NCBI GenBank assembly: GCA_964464815.1
Contig: CAYXHF010000004.1
Coordinates: 2,483-66,482, forward strand
Direction of reading: 5' to 3'
Source: an uncultured Faecalibacterium sp.
Lineage (GTDB): Bacteria > Bacillota > Clostridia > Christensenellales > Aristaeellaceae
DNA: 64,000 nt
Shown: positions 18,440-28,462 of the stretch, in pieces
How the letters are laid out: the number at the start of each line of letters is the position of its first letter
How positions within the stretch are numbered: position 1 is the stretch's first letter
Program-made: the position numbers and the translations under genes
The notes under the pieces: generated by a model
Databases searched by the model: none
Seen by the model: only the letters and a program-made list of their open reading frames with translations
Told to the model about the DNA's origin: nothing

Positions 18440-19897
18440 TTATTCACTAAACACAATCGTTGTGACCGACATCGGTGTCAGCACAAACGCCGTGTTCGCC
18501 ACACGCTCGCTCGTCTGCACCAAATCGCGCCCAGCCGACGTTTCGTAGGAGACAATGCGCTCGTAGCATCCATCATGCCCGCTGAGCTTGACATTTTTCT
18601 CCTCGTTGCTGTCGTTGACCAGTACCACAACCAGCTTCTTCTTGCCGTACTCCTCGCCGTGGAAGGCCACACCAGAGAATTCCTCCGCACCCGTCAGTTC
18701 CACACGCTTGAAGCCCGGACGGATGTAGCGCGTGTAGTTGCCGTAGGCCCACAGACGCTTGAGCGGCACAATGTTGATTTCTCCCGAACCATTTTCCGTG
18801 GCATGAATCAACCCGTCATGATACCCGCCGGGAGATACCTCCACCCACGTGGCCCAGGAAACCGCATTGAGTACCGTCAAGTCTTCCGCCACCGTCTTGG
18901 CCAGCACAATGGCAGAATCCATGCCCACATCCGTGCCGTGTACCATCTCGCACCATTCGCTCATGCGAATCTTGACGTCCGGATAGTGTACGTCCATCCA
19001 GTTGCGGAAGCTGATTTTACTCTGCGTGTTCGACCAGTAGGAGTGGCAGTCAATCGCCTTGAAATGCTCCTTCAGCGTCTGGTTGTTCAGGAGGGCGCTG
19101 ACGTACTCCGGCGTCTTGCCGCCCCATTCGCCGCTTTCCGGGCCGGAAAGCTCCACACCCGCAAGCTTCGGACGCTTTTCCAGCTCCTTCAGGAAAGCCA
19201 CATAGACCGCCGCAATCTGCTCCGGCTCATAGTGGCAGCCCTCCTGACCGCCGGTCCAGTCCCACTGCGGCTCGTTGATGGGGGAAATGAAGCGAACCGG
19301 AATGCCCATGTCCACAAAATGCTCCGCCACATCACAGGCGTAAATCGCCCATGCGCCGTAGTTCGCCGGATCAATGTTCGTGCGCTCGCCACCGGCGGTC
19401 ATGTGCGCCATGCCGTTCTTGGTCAGGCGCTCAATGGGGCTGTTGAAGAACAGCACCACTTCCTCCGCGCCCAGACGAACCGTCTCCTGCATGAACCAGA
19501 CAGCGCCTTCGTCCTTGGACCAGTCGTAGACACCTGCTTCTGTCTCAAAGGACTGCGCGCGACGGTTGACATCGCTGTAATCGCCCTTGCCGCTGTCGGC
19601 AGAGCCTGCACCGATGTTGTAGCGGTAGTTCGTCAGTCCGATGCCCCAGTTGCGATCGTAGAGGAGCGTTGCCAGCTGCTCACGTGCCGTGCGACCCGTG
19701 TTCAGGTAGGGCGTGTCCCACAGACCCGCATACTGCGTCCACCATGCGCCACTGCCACCAAAGGATTCCATCGTCTGGTATTCCTGCGTCTCGTTAATCT
19801 TCACCTGTGTCACCTCCGCATTCGCCTCCGGAATGCCCACCACGGGCAGCAGAAGCGTTCCTGTCAGGATGGTTGCCAGTAGTTTTTTGATTCTCAT
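18440..19897 (-). CDS. secreted glycoside hydrolase, family 30-like
   Basis: Signal peptide MRIKKLLATILTGTLLLPVVGIPEANA. ESFGGSGAWW, SPINEPQW (acid/base Glu) and MSEWCE (nucleophile Glu) fit clan GH-A / GH30. GGAGG lies 8 nt before the ATG at 19897. Confidence 0.7.
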   Translation of the reverse strand: MRIKKLLATILTGTLLLPVVGIPEANAEVTQVKINETQEYQTMESFGGSGAWWTQYAGLWDTPYLNTGRTAREQLATLLYDRNWGIGLTNYRYNIGAGSADSGKGDYSDVNRRAQSFETEAGVYDWSKDEGAVWFMQETVRLGAEEVVLFFNSPIERLTKNGMAHMTAGGERTNIDPANYGAWAIYACDVAEHFVDMGIPVRFISPINEPQWDWTGGQEGCHYEPEQIAAVYVAFLKELEKRPKLAGVELSGPESGEWGGKTPEYVSALLNNQTLKEHFKAIDCHSYWSNTQSKISFRNWMDVHYPDVKIRMSEWCEMVHGTDVGMDSAIVLAKTVAEDLTVLNAVSWATWVEVSPGGYHDGLIHATENGSGEINIVPLKRLWAYGNYTRYIRPGFKRVELTGAEEFSGVAFHGEEYGKKKLVVVLVNDSNEEKNVKLSGHDGCYERIVSYETSAGRDLVQTSERVANTAFVLTPMSVTTIVFSE

Positions 19898-19984
19898 GCT
19901 CTTTTCCTCCATGGAAATGGGGGACGCAGCAGGAAGCAGCCATTGCCACCCCTGCTGCGCAGGATACACCGTCAGAGATACCAG

Positions 19985-21001
19985 TTAGCCAACCAGGCCG
20001 GAGTTTTCCAGATTCTCCACCAGCCAGCGCTGTGCAAACAGGTACAGCACCAGCAGCGGCGCCAGGAAAATCAGCGCGCCCGCCTGCTTGAGGGCGTCGA
20101 AGGTCATGTCCGTGGTCATCGGGACGTTGTACCATACGCGCACGCGCTCCAGCAGGGTAATCTTGTTCGCATCAATGAAGGTCGTCGCCAGCTTGTTGGC
20201 CATGTACGGGCCGTTCGGGTCGAAATAACGGGTGAAGTAGGTGTCACCGTAGTTCCACACGAACGCCAGAATCGCCACGGTCACGATGGCCGGGATGGCA
20301 TTGGGAATCATGATGCGGAAGTAGGTGCGGTAGAAGCCGCAGCCGTCAATCAGCGCCGCCTCCTCCAGCTCCTTGGGGATGTTCTTGAAGAACTGGCTGA
20401 AAATCAGGATGAACAGGGACTGATTGACGCCAAAGCCCAGAAGCGCCATCAGATACAGCGTTGCGGGCTGACCAATCAGGTTCACCTCCTGACCGAAGAT
20501 GCGCATGATGCCCATGGCATCAAAGTGGTTGAAGTAGATGTACTGTGCCAGCAGCAGGGACTGACGCGGCACGAGGAAGGACAAGACCACCAGCACGAAC
20601 ATCAGCGGGCCAAGGAACTTGTACTTCACGCGCGCCATCGTGTAGCCCGTCATGGCGGCAATGAAGACCTCAATGACCATCAGCAGGAAGGCCGTGCCGA
20701 CGGACTTGACCATCGTCATAATGCCTTCCGGCATGGTCATGCGGGCCGCCGCCTGGAAGGAGATGGTGGAGAACTCCTCCGGAATCCAGATGACGTTCGG
20801 ATTGCCCAAATCCTCAATATTGGACAGCACCGACGGCACCAGACGCAGGAAGGGATACAGAATCACAAAGCACAAGCCCGCAATCAACAGGAACGTGACC
20901 AGATTCATGAAGAACTCGCCCGTCTTTTTCTTCGCCAGATAGATATTCTGCTCCGGCGAAAGCTGCACCTTGCGCTTTTTCCGCTTGTTATTTTGCATCA
21001 C
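19985..21001 (-). CDS. carbohydrate ABC transporter permease (MalG-like)
   Basis: Six TM segments. EAA-loop region ELEEAALIDGCGFYRTYFRIMIP. Confidence 0.9.
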   Translation of the reverse strand: MMQNNKRKKRKVQLSPEQNIYLAKKKTGEFFMNLVTFLLIAGLCFVILYPFLRLVPSVLSNIEDLGNPNVIWIPEEFSTISFQAAARMTMPEGIMTMVKSVGTAFLLMVIEVFIAAMTGYTMARVKYKFLGPLMFVLVVLSFLVPRQSLLLAQYIYFNHFDAMGIMRIFGQEVNLIGQPATLYLMALLGFGVNQSLFILIFSQFFKNIPKELEEAALIDGCGFYRTYFRIMIPNAIPAIVTVAILAFVWNYGDTYFTRYFDPNGPYMANKLATTFIDANKITLLERVRVWYNVPMTTDMTFDALKQAGALIFLAPLLVLYLFAQRWLVENLENSGLVG

Positions 21002-21890
21002 CCTTCACCACCTTTCGCATCACCAGCAGCGCGATGCCCAGCATCAGCGTTACGTTAAAGATGTAAATGACCGACAGCGCCGAACCAACACCAATCTCGT
21101 TCTTCGTGAATGCCAGCGCGTATGCCTCCTCGGCAATTCGGCTGGTCAGGAAGAGATCGACGATGGTGTAGATGACGACGAACATCACAATGTGCAGGAT
21201 GGAGGGAATCGTCACCTTCCAGAAGGTTTCATACGCCGTTGCGCCCTCAATCTTCGCCACCTCATACATGCTCGGGCTGATGGATTGCAGCGCGGCCAGG
21301 AACACCAGCGTCTGGACGCCGGAACGGGAAATGACCGAGAAGATATTTTCCACAAAGCTGATGATGGAGGTCAGATACGTCGTGGGAATCGACGTATAGC
21401 GCGTCAGCGCCATGGCCACCATGCTCTGCTGGAACAGACCGCCGCCGGCCTGCACCCAGTCGCTGCCGGTGGAAACGGTCAGCATGTCCGTGACCACATC
21501 CAGACCCAGAATGATGGGCAGGAAGAAAATCATACGGACAACCGCGCGACCCTTGAACTTGCGGTTCGCCAGCAGCGCCAGGAACAGCGACAGCAGCGTA
21601 ATCAGCGGCAGATTGATCAGCACGTTTGCATTTTCGTCCGTCAGCACACGCATGATGGGCTGATTGTCCGTGGACAGGACGGAGGCAAACAGGTCGATGT
21701 AGTTCTGGCCACCAATGAATTCAAACGCCATGCGGCCGCCATCCGGAACGGTGATTTCCTGAAAGGAGTAGAACACCGTCATGCCCAGCGGGTAGGCAAA
21801 GAAAATGATGAAACCCAGCAGAAACGGAATCAGGAACGTGAAGCCCAGCAGCTTTCGCTGTGTCGTATACGAAATGCCCTTTTTGCTCAT
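20988..21890 (-). CDS. carbohydrate ABC transporter permease (MalF-like)
   Basis: Multi-TM protein. EAA-loop-like YEVAKIEGATAYETFWKVTIP. Overlaps both neighbouring genes. Confidence 0.9.
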   Translation of the reverse strand: MSKKGISYTTQRKLLGFTFLIPFLLGFIIFFAYPLGMTVFYSFQEITVPDGGRMAFEFIGGQNYIDLFASVLSTDNQPIMRVLTDENANVLINLPLITLLSLFLALLANRKFKGRAVVRMIFFLPIILGLDVVTDMLTVSTGSDWVQAGGGLFQQSMVAMALTRYTSIPTTYLTSIISFVENIFSVISRSGVQTLVFLAALQSISPSMYEVAKIEGATAYETFWKVTIPSILHIVMFVVIYTIVDLFLTSRIAEEAYALAFTKNEIGVGSALSVIYIFNVTLMLGIALLVMRKVVKGDAK

Positions 21891-24487
21891 TCTGCCGTCC
21901 CTCCTTCCACAGGATGAATGCCGCCTTCAAAAATCTGATAGCTCACCGGTGCAATCACAACGCCGTTTTCCGCCTCGTAGGGCTGTGCGCTGTAGTTCGT
22001 CAGCACCACCGCGCCGCCGGAGTAGGTCGTCTGCGCCACCTCGTCGGTCAGCATGCAATGCGCGGTAATCGTCTGGCCACCCAGCATCGCGCGCATGTCC
22101 GCAAGCGCCTGTGCCGCCTTGTCGATTTCCGACTGCCATTCGTTCCACTGCACCGCGTACAGGTTTTCAAAATGGCTGTTCTTGAGGACGTCGGAATTCT
22201 CATACGTCACCTTATACTTCACCCACGTGCCCAGCTCAGCCGCCTGGCACAGGTAGTAGTTCAGCGTGCGGGAATTCAGATTCGCATCCTCCGTTGCCAC
22301 CGTCGTCAGGCCACGAAGCGCCAGCTGACGGAAGGGAATGGTCAGCGCAAAGGAGGTGTATGCACTGCTGCGGCGAGAGACGTCCACGGAGAAGGCCGTC
22401 AGCGGCGCATAGCGTGCATCGGGATTGGACAGCGACAGGGACTGCTCGCTCAAGCTGTCAATCACGCCCGAAACGATGGTGTCTGCCGCCACAGGGTTGA
22501 TGACATTGCGATAGCGGTAATCCACAAACACGTCATGTCCCAAATCCTCCGCCGCCACACCTGCGGACAGGTTGAGTGCCTGATATTCCTTCAGGAACTG
22601 ATTCGCCACATCCGCCAGATAGCGCGGAGAAACGCGCGTGTAGTAGCGCACATAGGACGAACGGCCGTTGAACTTCGCCGTGTCCGGTGCGTAGGGGTAA
22701 ATCTCTGCCGTTTCGTTGCCGAAATCACGCAGCGCATGCGTCGAGGGACGATAGGTGCGGCCCGGACGATACACGCGGCTCAGGTTCGCTTGCAGGAAGA
22801 CCTGCTGCCCCTTGGCATTCGCCGCCGTCAGCACCGATTCCAGCGCCGCCTTCGTGCCGTTTTGGGACACCAGACGCGCGCCGTCGTTCAGCTCCGACAC
22901 CAGACCGCCATTGAACGCGCCGTCATACTGAATCGCCGCGCCCTCAGGCAGTGCATTGGCCATTTCCGCCAGCTGGTCGTAGGTCGTCATGGAGCAGATG
23001 GCGTCATACGGCACACCCAGCACGTGCTCGGTCATCGTGACCGCGCCAACAGCCTCCACATACAGGTTCGCGTCGTAGCCCTCGTTGATGGTCGCGCCCG
23101 TTTTTGCCGCCAGATAGGCACGGGTCGTTTCCGCCATGTCGAAGTATGTCACCTTGTGTGCGTAGGGGTAGTAGCGCACGGTGAAATCCACATTGATATG
23201 ACCGGAGTCAGACAGATACGTCGCGCCGTTATCCGCATACGCGCCGTAAATCTTGACCTTGGTGTATTCCAGCACGTCCACCGAGGGGTAAATCTTGTTG
23301 CAGCCCGAACCCGACGTCGCCGCAATGGAGACATGCAGATTCGCCGTTTCCACGCCCTGTTCAATGATGGCCAGCAGGCCATTGTCGGCCTCCATGCCGC
23401 CATAGAGCGCGCCGAAGACAGGCGTCATCAGCTCCTCCGGGTATTCGGACTGGTAGTAGTAATCCGTGTAGTAGTCATTATCCAGATACGCACGCACGTA
23501 TTCCGGAACCGTCGCGCCGAAGGTGTTGAACTGCATCAGCGCACCCGCACCATCGGGCGTGAGGAAGTAGCCATCCTGCTTATCCGCCGCCGCAGAGGAA
23601 CCGAAGTTCGGCAGCAGGCAGACACGCTGAATCTCGTAGTAGTCGTTGCCCGTCTTCATTTCCTGCGAGGGCAGACGCGCCACCAGCTGACCATTGTCCA
23701 GCGTCAGCTCCAGCACCAGATCAAACAGCGCCGGTTCGTGGAACTCCGGCACAACGCCGAAGGCCGCACAGTCCTCAATCAGCATTTCGCGCGTATAGCC
23801 AATGGCACGCGTCATTTCAATCAGCTGCGCCGAGGCCGACACCGGCGGCTTACCGGCGGAGGTCAGCACGTAGGCATTCTCGCGTTCGCGCTTGGTGTAC
23901 ACCATCTTCAACGCGCGATTGTAGCGGCTTTGCAGCGTTTCATCCAGCTGTGCAATGGCCGGCTGGATGAATTCCTCATAGCGATCAATCGGAATGCGCT
24001 GAGGCAGGTATTCAAAGAATTCCTTGGAATCGCCCTCGTTGACATTCATTTCAATGCGCACGCCGTTTTCCAGCTGGTACAGGCTGTACGAGCCAAACGC
24101 CACGCAGTTGTCATAGGTGTTCCAATCCAGCAGGTTATTGTCTTCACCCAGATAGTACAGGCGAAGCAGCGCCTTGTCGATGCCTTCCTTCGCCCCATTG
24201 ACGGCGCTGGACCAGCTGGTGCCACTTTCATCATCCGTCAGGGTGAAAATCAGCTCCTCGGTATCCAGCGTCAGGGTGCGGCCGCCCTCATGGGCCACCT
24301 CCACCGTGCCACCAACCGGGATGCTTTCGCCAATCGCGGAGGTTTTCGCCGTCTGCACCGGAATCTCAGCAGCAGACAGCCGGAAGGACGGCGCATAGTA
24401 GCCCACATAGCAGGCAATCGCCAAAATCACCAGCAGCAGCGTCCACAGGATGGGATGCGCGCCGTAAATCTCTTTGATTTTTTTCAT
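21887..24487 (-). CDS. 866-aa membrane-anchored extracellular protein of unknown function (DUF5696-like, tentative)
   Basis: Single N-terminal TM segment (ILWTLLLVILAIACYVGYY), then a large hydrophilic body. The family name is recalled from similar loci and was not verified. Confidence 0.6.
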   Translation of the reverse strand: MKKIKEIYGAHPILWTLLLVILAIACYVGYYAPSFRLSAAEIPVQTAKTSAIGESIPVGGTVEVAHEGGRTLTLDTEELIFTLTDDESGTSWSSAVNGAKEGIDKALLRLYYLGEDNNLLDWNTYDNCVAFGSYSLYQLENGVRIEMNVNEGDSKEFFEYLPQRIPIDRYEEFIQPAIAQLDETLQSRYNRALKMVYTKRERENAYVLTSAGKPPVSASAQLIEMTRAIGYTREMLIEDCAAFGVVPEFHEPALFDLVLELTLDNGQLVARLPSQEMKTGNDYYEIQRVCLLPNFGSSAAADKQDGYFLTPDGAGALMQFNTFGATVPEYVRAYLDNDYYTDYYYQSEYPEELMTPVFGALYGGMEADNGLLAIIEQGVETANLHVSIAATSGSGCNKIYPSVDVLEYTKVKIYGAYADNGATYLSDSGHINVDFTVRYYPYAHKVTYFDMAETTRAYLAAKTGATINEGYDANLYVEAVGAVTMTEHVLGVPYDAICSMTTYDQLAEMANALPEGAAIQYDGAFNGGLVSELNDGARLVSQNGTKAALESVLTAANAKGQQVFLQANLSRVYRPGRTYRPSTHALRDFGNETAEIYPYAPDTAKFNGRSSYVRYYTRVSPRYLADVANQFLKEYQALNLSAGVAAEDLGHDVFVDYRYRNVINPVAADTIVSGVIDSLSEQSLSLSNPDARYAPLTAFSVDVSRRSSAYTSFALTIPFRQLALRGLTTVATEDANLNSRTLNYYLCQAAELGTWVKYKVTYENSDVLKNSHFENLYAVQWNEWQSEIDKAAQALADMRAMLGGQTITAHCMLTDEVAQTTYSGGAVVLTNYSAQPYEAENGVVIAPVSYQIFEGGIHPVEGGTAE

Positions 24488-24504
24488 TGCGTTTCCTCCC
24501 TCCT

Positions 24505-25137
24505 TTATAGTCGCCGCATGAGCTCTTCGCCCACGTCAATGAAGAAATTAACCATGCGCTCCAGCATCGTGAACAGCAGCACACCCAGGAACAGGATGAT
24601 GAGGGCCGCCACGACCGTCAACAGAATGGATGCCAGGTTGCCACCCAGGGAATACTCATGAATCGTGCCCAGACCGGCCACCACCAGGAAGCCGAACCAG
24701 ACATACACCAGCATCTGAATGGAGGTCAGAATCATGATTTCCTCAGTCGTGACAAAGTTACTCATGAAGCAAATCAAGGCATCGCCGATAATCAGCACCG
24801 TCAGGGAGTAGCATAGGACAACGAAAATATCCTTGAGCTTGCCCTTGCCATTGAACAGGGTCGTGATAGTCCAGTTGGACACACTGGCCCGCAGGAAAAT
24901 CGACACCGAACGGATGAAGATGGACACGCTATCCATCATGGCCGGGTCGGAGGTATTCATTACAAAGCCCGTGTACTGATACTTCAGGCATTGCAGCACC
25001 CCATAGGCCGCCAGCAGCAAGCACGCCAGCAGCAGCGACCCCTGATTGCGGAAGCGGATTTCAAAGAAGCCATCAAAGGGATGAATCAGCGAGTAGCCCC
25101 AGTAACGGAGCTTTTCGCGGGACAAAATGCGCTTCAT
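24505..25137 (-). CDS. Yip1-family integral membrane protein
   Basis: 210 aa with five hydrophobic segments after a short cytoplasmic N-terminus. Yip1-like topology. Start overlaps the stop of the upstream gene (25134..26600) by 4 nt; separated from the downstream gene (ending 24487) by a 17-nt gap. Confidence 0.65.
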   Translation of the reverse strand: MKRILSREKLRYWGYSLIHPFDGFFEIRFRNQGSLLLACLLLAAYGVLQCLKYQYTGFVMNTSDPAMMDSVSIFIRSVSIFLRASVSNWTITTLFNGKGKLKDIFVVLCYSLTVLIIGDALICFMSNFVTTEEIMILTSIQMLVYVWFGFLVVAGLGTIHEYSLGGNLASILLTVVAALIILFLGVLLFTMLERMVNFFIDVGEELMRRL

Positions 25138-26600
25138 TTGCTCTCCCTCCTAACCTTGCGATGATACGCCGCCTCTGACCAGATGACCGCGCCAATGAGA
25201 ACCACTGCCACCACCGCGATGACGCCGAAGTTATCGCGCATCTTTTCGCTGCGGTAGCCCTTGTATGCCTTGGAATAGAATTCGCGGTTGTTGCCCAGCT
25301 TGAAGTAGTACATGGCCTGCTCGTACTCTTCCTGCATCAGGTAGTTTTTCCCGATGCCGACATAAGCCGTTTCCAGGTTGCCGCACAGGCGCAGCACCTC
25401 TTCATACCACGCTGTCGCTTCGTCCCAGCGGCCATGGTAGTAGCTTTCGCTGGCACGCAGCAGCGCCGTGCCGAATTCCGTGGGTTCCAGGATGTAGACG
25501 CACTTCAAGTCCGCATCACCAATGACCAGCTTGTCGCCAAGCCATGCCACGGCGCTGGGATTCTTCATTTCGCCCTGCAAGTTGCCCGCAGAGCCCATCG
25601 CGCACAGCAATTGCCCATTGAAGTCATACAGGAAGATGTGGCCACGGGTCTTGTCCACCAGCGCATACGTACCGGTTTCATTGACCGCAATGTCGGTAAA
25701 GGCACTGGGATTCTGTGTGTGCGGATCGCCCACAACCAGCACGGAGCCTTCCTGGCGCAGCACGTTCTCTCCCTTGAAATTCAGGCGATAAACCATCTGC
25801 GACGCCGCCGAGTCATTCGTGACGGCCATGATGAAGCCTTCTCCATCCAGCGTGATGTTGTTGAACGCCGGTGCATACTGCTTGCCCATTTCTTCCTTCT
25901 GCTCATCGCTGGCGATGGACTTCCAGAAGTAGTCAATCAGGTTGACCTGCGGTTCGTTGACGCCGAAGTAGCGGGAGAACGTGCCGTCCTCATTCAGCTC
26001 GATGATGCCCTCATAGGAGGATTGCACCACCAGATAGATGCGGTCGGCGTTATCCACCGTCACCTTGGACGGCTTGAATTCCGTCGCACCGGACATATCC
26101 GCCGGGCGCGTAATCGTCCGCTTGTGGGCATAGGTGAGGCCGTCCAGCACAATCACGCGCTGCGCCTGCGTATCGGCAATGTAGATTTCCTGCGCCTTCT
26201 CGTGATAGAACACGCCCTCGCAGCCCGTCAGCACAAGCTGAGAACCATCGGGATTGAGCGCAATCTTGTTGTTTTCGTCACGGATGGTTTTCAGCGTCTT
26301 GAGCATTTTGCCCGTGCTGTCCAGCACGTGAATGCGGCTTTGACGGCTATCGACAATGAAGATACGGCCGTCCTTGCTGGTGCAAACATCGTCGATGCGG
26401 TCAATCGTAATGCCCTTCAGGTTCTCCGAGGTAATCACCTGCGTGAGCAAGAACGGTGCGGGCGTGTTGTGAATGTTCACCCAAAAGTCAAAGGTATAGC
26501 CCTGATAGGCATTGCTCGTGCCATCCGCCGCCAGGGCGAAGGAAGGCAGAAGCATCAGCATGCAGAGGGTCAGCAACAGAAGCTGTTTGATTCGTTTCAT
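25134..26600 (-). CDS. secreted NHL/beta-propeller-repeat protein with a TPR-like region and a C-terminal TM anchor
   Basis: Signal peptide. Repeated strands of the type DGRIFIVDSRQSRIHVLD / QEIYIADTQAQRVIVLD. TPR-like YEQAMYYFKLG. C-terminal TM segment VIAVVAVVLIGAVIW. Confidence 0.65.
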   Translation of the reverse strand: MKRIKQLLLLTLCMLMLLPSFALAADGTSNAYQGYTFDFWVNIHNTPAPFLLTQVITSENLKGITIDRIDDVCTSKDGRIFIVDSRQSRIHVLDSTGKMLKTLKTIRDENNKIALNPDGSQLVLTGCEGVFYHEKAQEIYIADTQAQRVIVLDGLTYAHKRTITRPADMSGATEFKPSKVTVDNADRIYLVVQSSYEGIIELNEDGTFSRYFGVNEPQVNLIDYFWKSIASDEQKEEMGKQYAPAFNNITLDGEGFIMAVTNDSAASQMVYRLNFKGENVLRQEGSVLVVGDPHTQNPSAFTDIAVNETGTYALVDKTRGHIFLYDFNGQLLCAMGSAGNLQGEMKNPSAVAWLGDKLVIGDADLKCVYILEPTEFGTALLRASESYYHGRWDEATAWYEEVLRLCGNLETAYVGIGKNYLMQEEYEQAMYYFKLGNNREFYSKAYKGYRSEKMRDNFGVIAVVAVVLIGAVIWSEAAYHRKVRRESK

Positions 26601-26612
26601 TGCACACCCTCC

Positions 26613-27527
26613 TTAATCCTTCATGCCCGAGGTGGACATGGTTTCAATGACGTTGGACTGGCTGATGACGAACACCGCCACCGGCACAATCATCATAATC
26701 AGCGATACCGCAGAGGACACGCCAGTACGCGCGATGCCGCCGGAAACCAGCTGGCTGAGCACGTAGGAGACAGGCTTCAATTCCTCCGAGTAGATGAATA
26801 CGCCGCCCGTCGTGCCCCACATCTGCTGGAAGGACAGGATAATCAGCGTAATCCAGGCCGGCTTACAAAGCGGCATGATGATGCGCCAGTAGATGGTGAA
26901 CTCATTCGCGCCGTCAATGGTCGCGGCCTCCAGCAGGCTGTCCGGAATCTGGCCGATGAAGTTCTTCATCAGGTACAGACCCAGCGTGCCGCCAACAGCC
27001 GTCAGAATCACGGCCGCCTGCGTATTGACCAGACCCATGTAGGACATAATCAGGTAGCAGGGAATCGCCGTCACGGACGAGGAGAACATCAGCGCATAGA
27101 CAATCAGGCTGCTCATCAAGCGGCTGCCCGGGAATTCATACTTCGCCAGTGCAAACGCCGCCAGAGAGCCAAGAATCACCGTGCCCAGCGTACCAAAGCC
27201 CGTGATGAACGCCGTGTTCCACAGATAGCGGCTCATCGGCACATCGAAGGACTCCAGAATGTAGGCCAGATCGAAGAAGTTGTTCAGCGTCGGGTTGTCC
27301 ACCGTCAGACGCGGCGGGAAGATGAAGATTTCGCTCATCGGCTTGAACGCGCTGACCACCGTATACACCAGCGGGAAGAGCGAGAACAGACCGAAGCAGC
27401 CCAGCACCACCGACAGGGCGATGTCCACCGCCAGAGAGCGGCGGCGACGCAGCTTGCGACGGCGCAATGCCGCCATCAGGCCCGTCTTCTTGGGCTTTTT
27501 GGGATAGAGGTTCTTTTTCTTAGCCAT
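26613..27527 (-). CDS. carbohydrate ABC transporter permease (MalG-like), second pair
   Basis: Six TM segments. EAA-loop LLEAATIDGANEFTIYWRIIMP. Confidence 0.9.
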   Translation of the reverse strand: MAKKKNLYPKKPKKTGLMAALRRRKLRRRRSLAVDIALSVVLGCFGLFSLFPLVYTVVSAFKPMSEIFIFPPRLTVDNPTLNNFFDLAYILESFDVPMSRYLWNTAFITGFGTLGTVILGSLAAFALAKYEFPGSRLMSSLIVYALMFSSSVTAIPCYLIMSYMGLVNTQAAVILTAVGGTLGLYLMKNFIGQIPDSLLEAATIDGANEFTIYWRIIMPLCKPAWITLIILSFQQMWGTTGGVFIYSEELKPVSYVLSQLVSGGIARTGVSSAVSLIMMIVPVAVFVISQSNVIETMSTSGMKD

Positions 27528-27543
27528 TGTTCTTTTCTCCTCC

Positions 27544-28452
27544 TTATCCCAGTTTGCGCAGGACCTTCTGCACCAGAATGTTGCAGAAAATCATAATCAG
27601 GAACAGAATCACAGCGATGGTACAGGCATAGCCCATTTCATAGCGCAAATTGCCGTAGTCATGCAGGTGCGTCATGATGGTATGACCCGCGTAGTTCACC
27701 GACGGGAAGCCGACCAGGTCCAGGCTGATCTGGCTGACGGAGAAGGACGAGGTAATCTGCATGACCGCGCCGAACATCAGCTGCGGCTTCATGGCCGGCA
27801 GGGTGATGTACCACAGCTCCTGCCAGCGGTTGCGGATGCCTTCCACCGCACCGGCCTCATACATGGCCTTGTCCACCGTTTGCAGACCGGCAATGAAGGA
27901 CAGGAAGGACACGCCAAGGCTCAGCCACAATTGCACGATAATCAGAATCGGCATGATGTAGCTTTCCGTGGTCAGCCACAGAATCGGCTCCTGAATCAGC
28001 CCCAGCTTCATCAGCCAGGCATTCATCCAGCCGTAGGTGTCGGAGGAGAAAATCAGCTTCCAGACCAGATACACGTTACCGGAGATGGACGGCGCGTAGA
28101 ACACCAGCGTCATCACCGCACGCGGAATCGGCGGCAGCTCGTTAATCAGCCACGCGAACAGGAAGCACATCAGGTAGGACAAGGGGCCTGTCATGACCGC
28201 GAACACCAGCGTGTTCTTGATGGCCGTGAGGAACACATCGTCCTCGACAATCAGCGTCACATAGTTGCGCATGCCGACCCATTCGGGCATCGAGGTCATA
28301 TTAAAGGAAGTAAAGGACAGCAGGATAGCCGCCATTACCGGCAGCACCGTGAACAGTACGAACACGATGGCAAAGGGCAGCACCATCAAATACTGGTTGC
28401 GGTACTTTTTCAGCGCCGCACCAAAGCTCATTTTCTGGGCACTTTTGGTCAT
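27544..28452 (-). CDS. carbohydrate ABC transporter permease (MalF-like), second pair
   Basis: Six TM segments. EAA-loop YEAGAVEGIRNRWQELWYITLP. Confidence 0.9.
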   Translation of the reverse strand: MTKSAQKMSFGAALKKYRNQYLMVLPFAIVFVLFTVLPVMAAILLSFTSFNMTSMPEWVGMRNYVTLIVEDDVFLTAIKNTLVFAVMTGPLSYLMCFLFAWLINELPPIPRAVMTLVFYAPSISGNVYLVWKLIFSSDTYGWMNAWLMKLGLIQEPILWLTTESYIMPILIIVQLWLSLGVSFLSFIAGLQTVDKAMYEAGAVEGIRNRWQELWYITLPAMKPQLMFGAVMQITSSFSVSQISLDLVGFPSVNYAGHTIMTHLHDYGNLRYEMGYACTIAVILFLIMIFCNILVQKVLRKLG

Positions 28453-28462
28453 GGCCGTGTGT

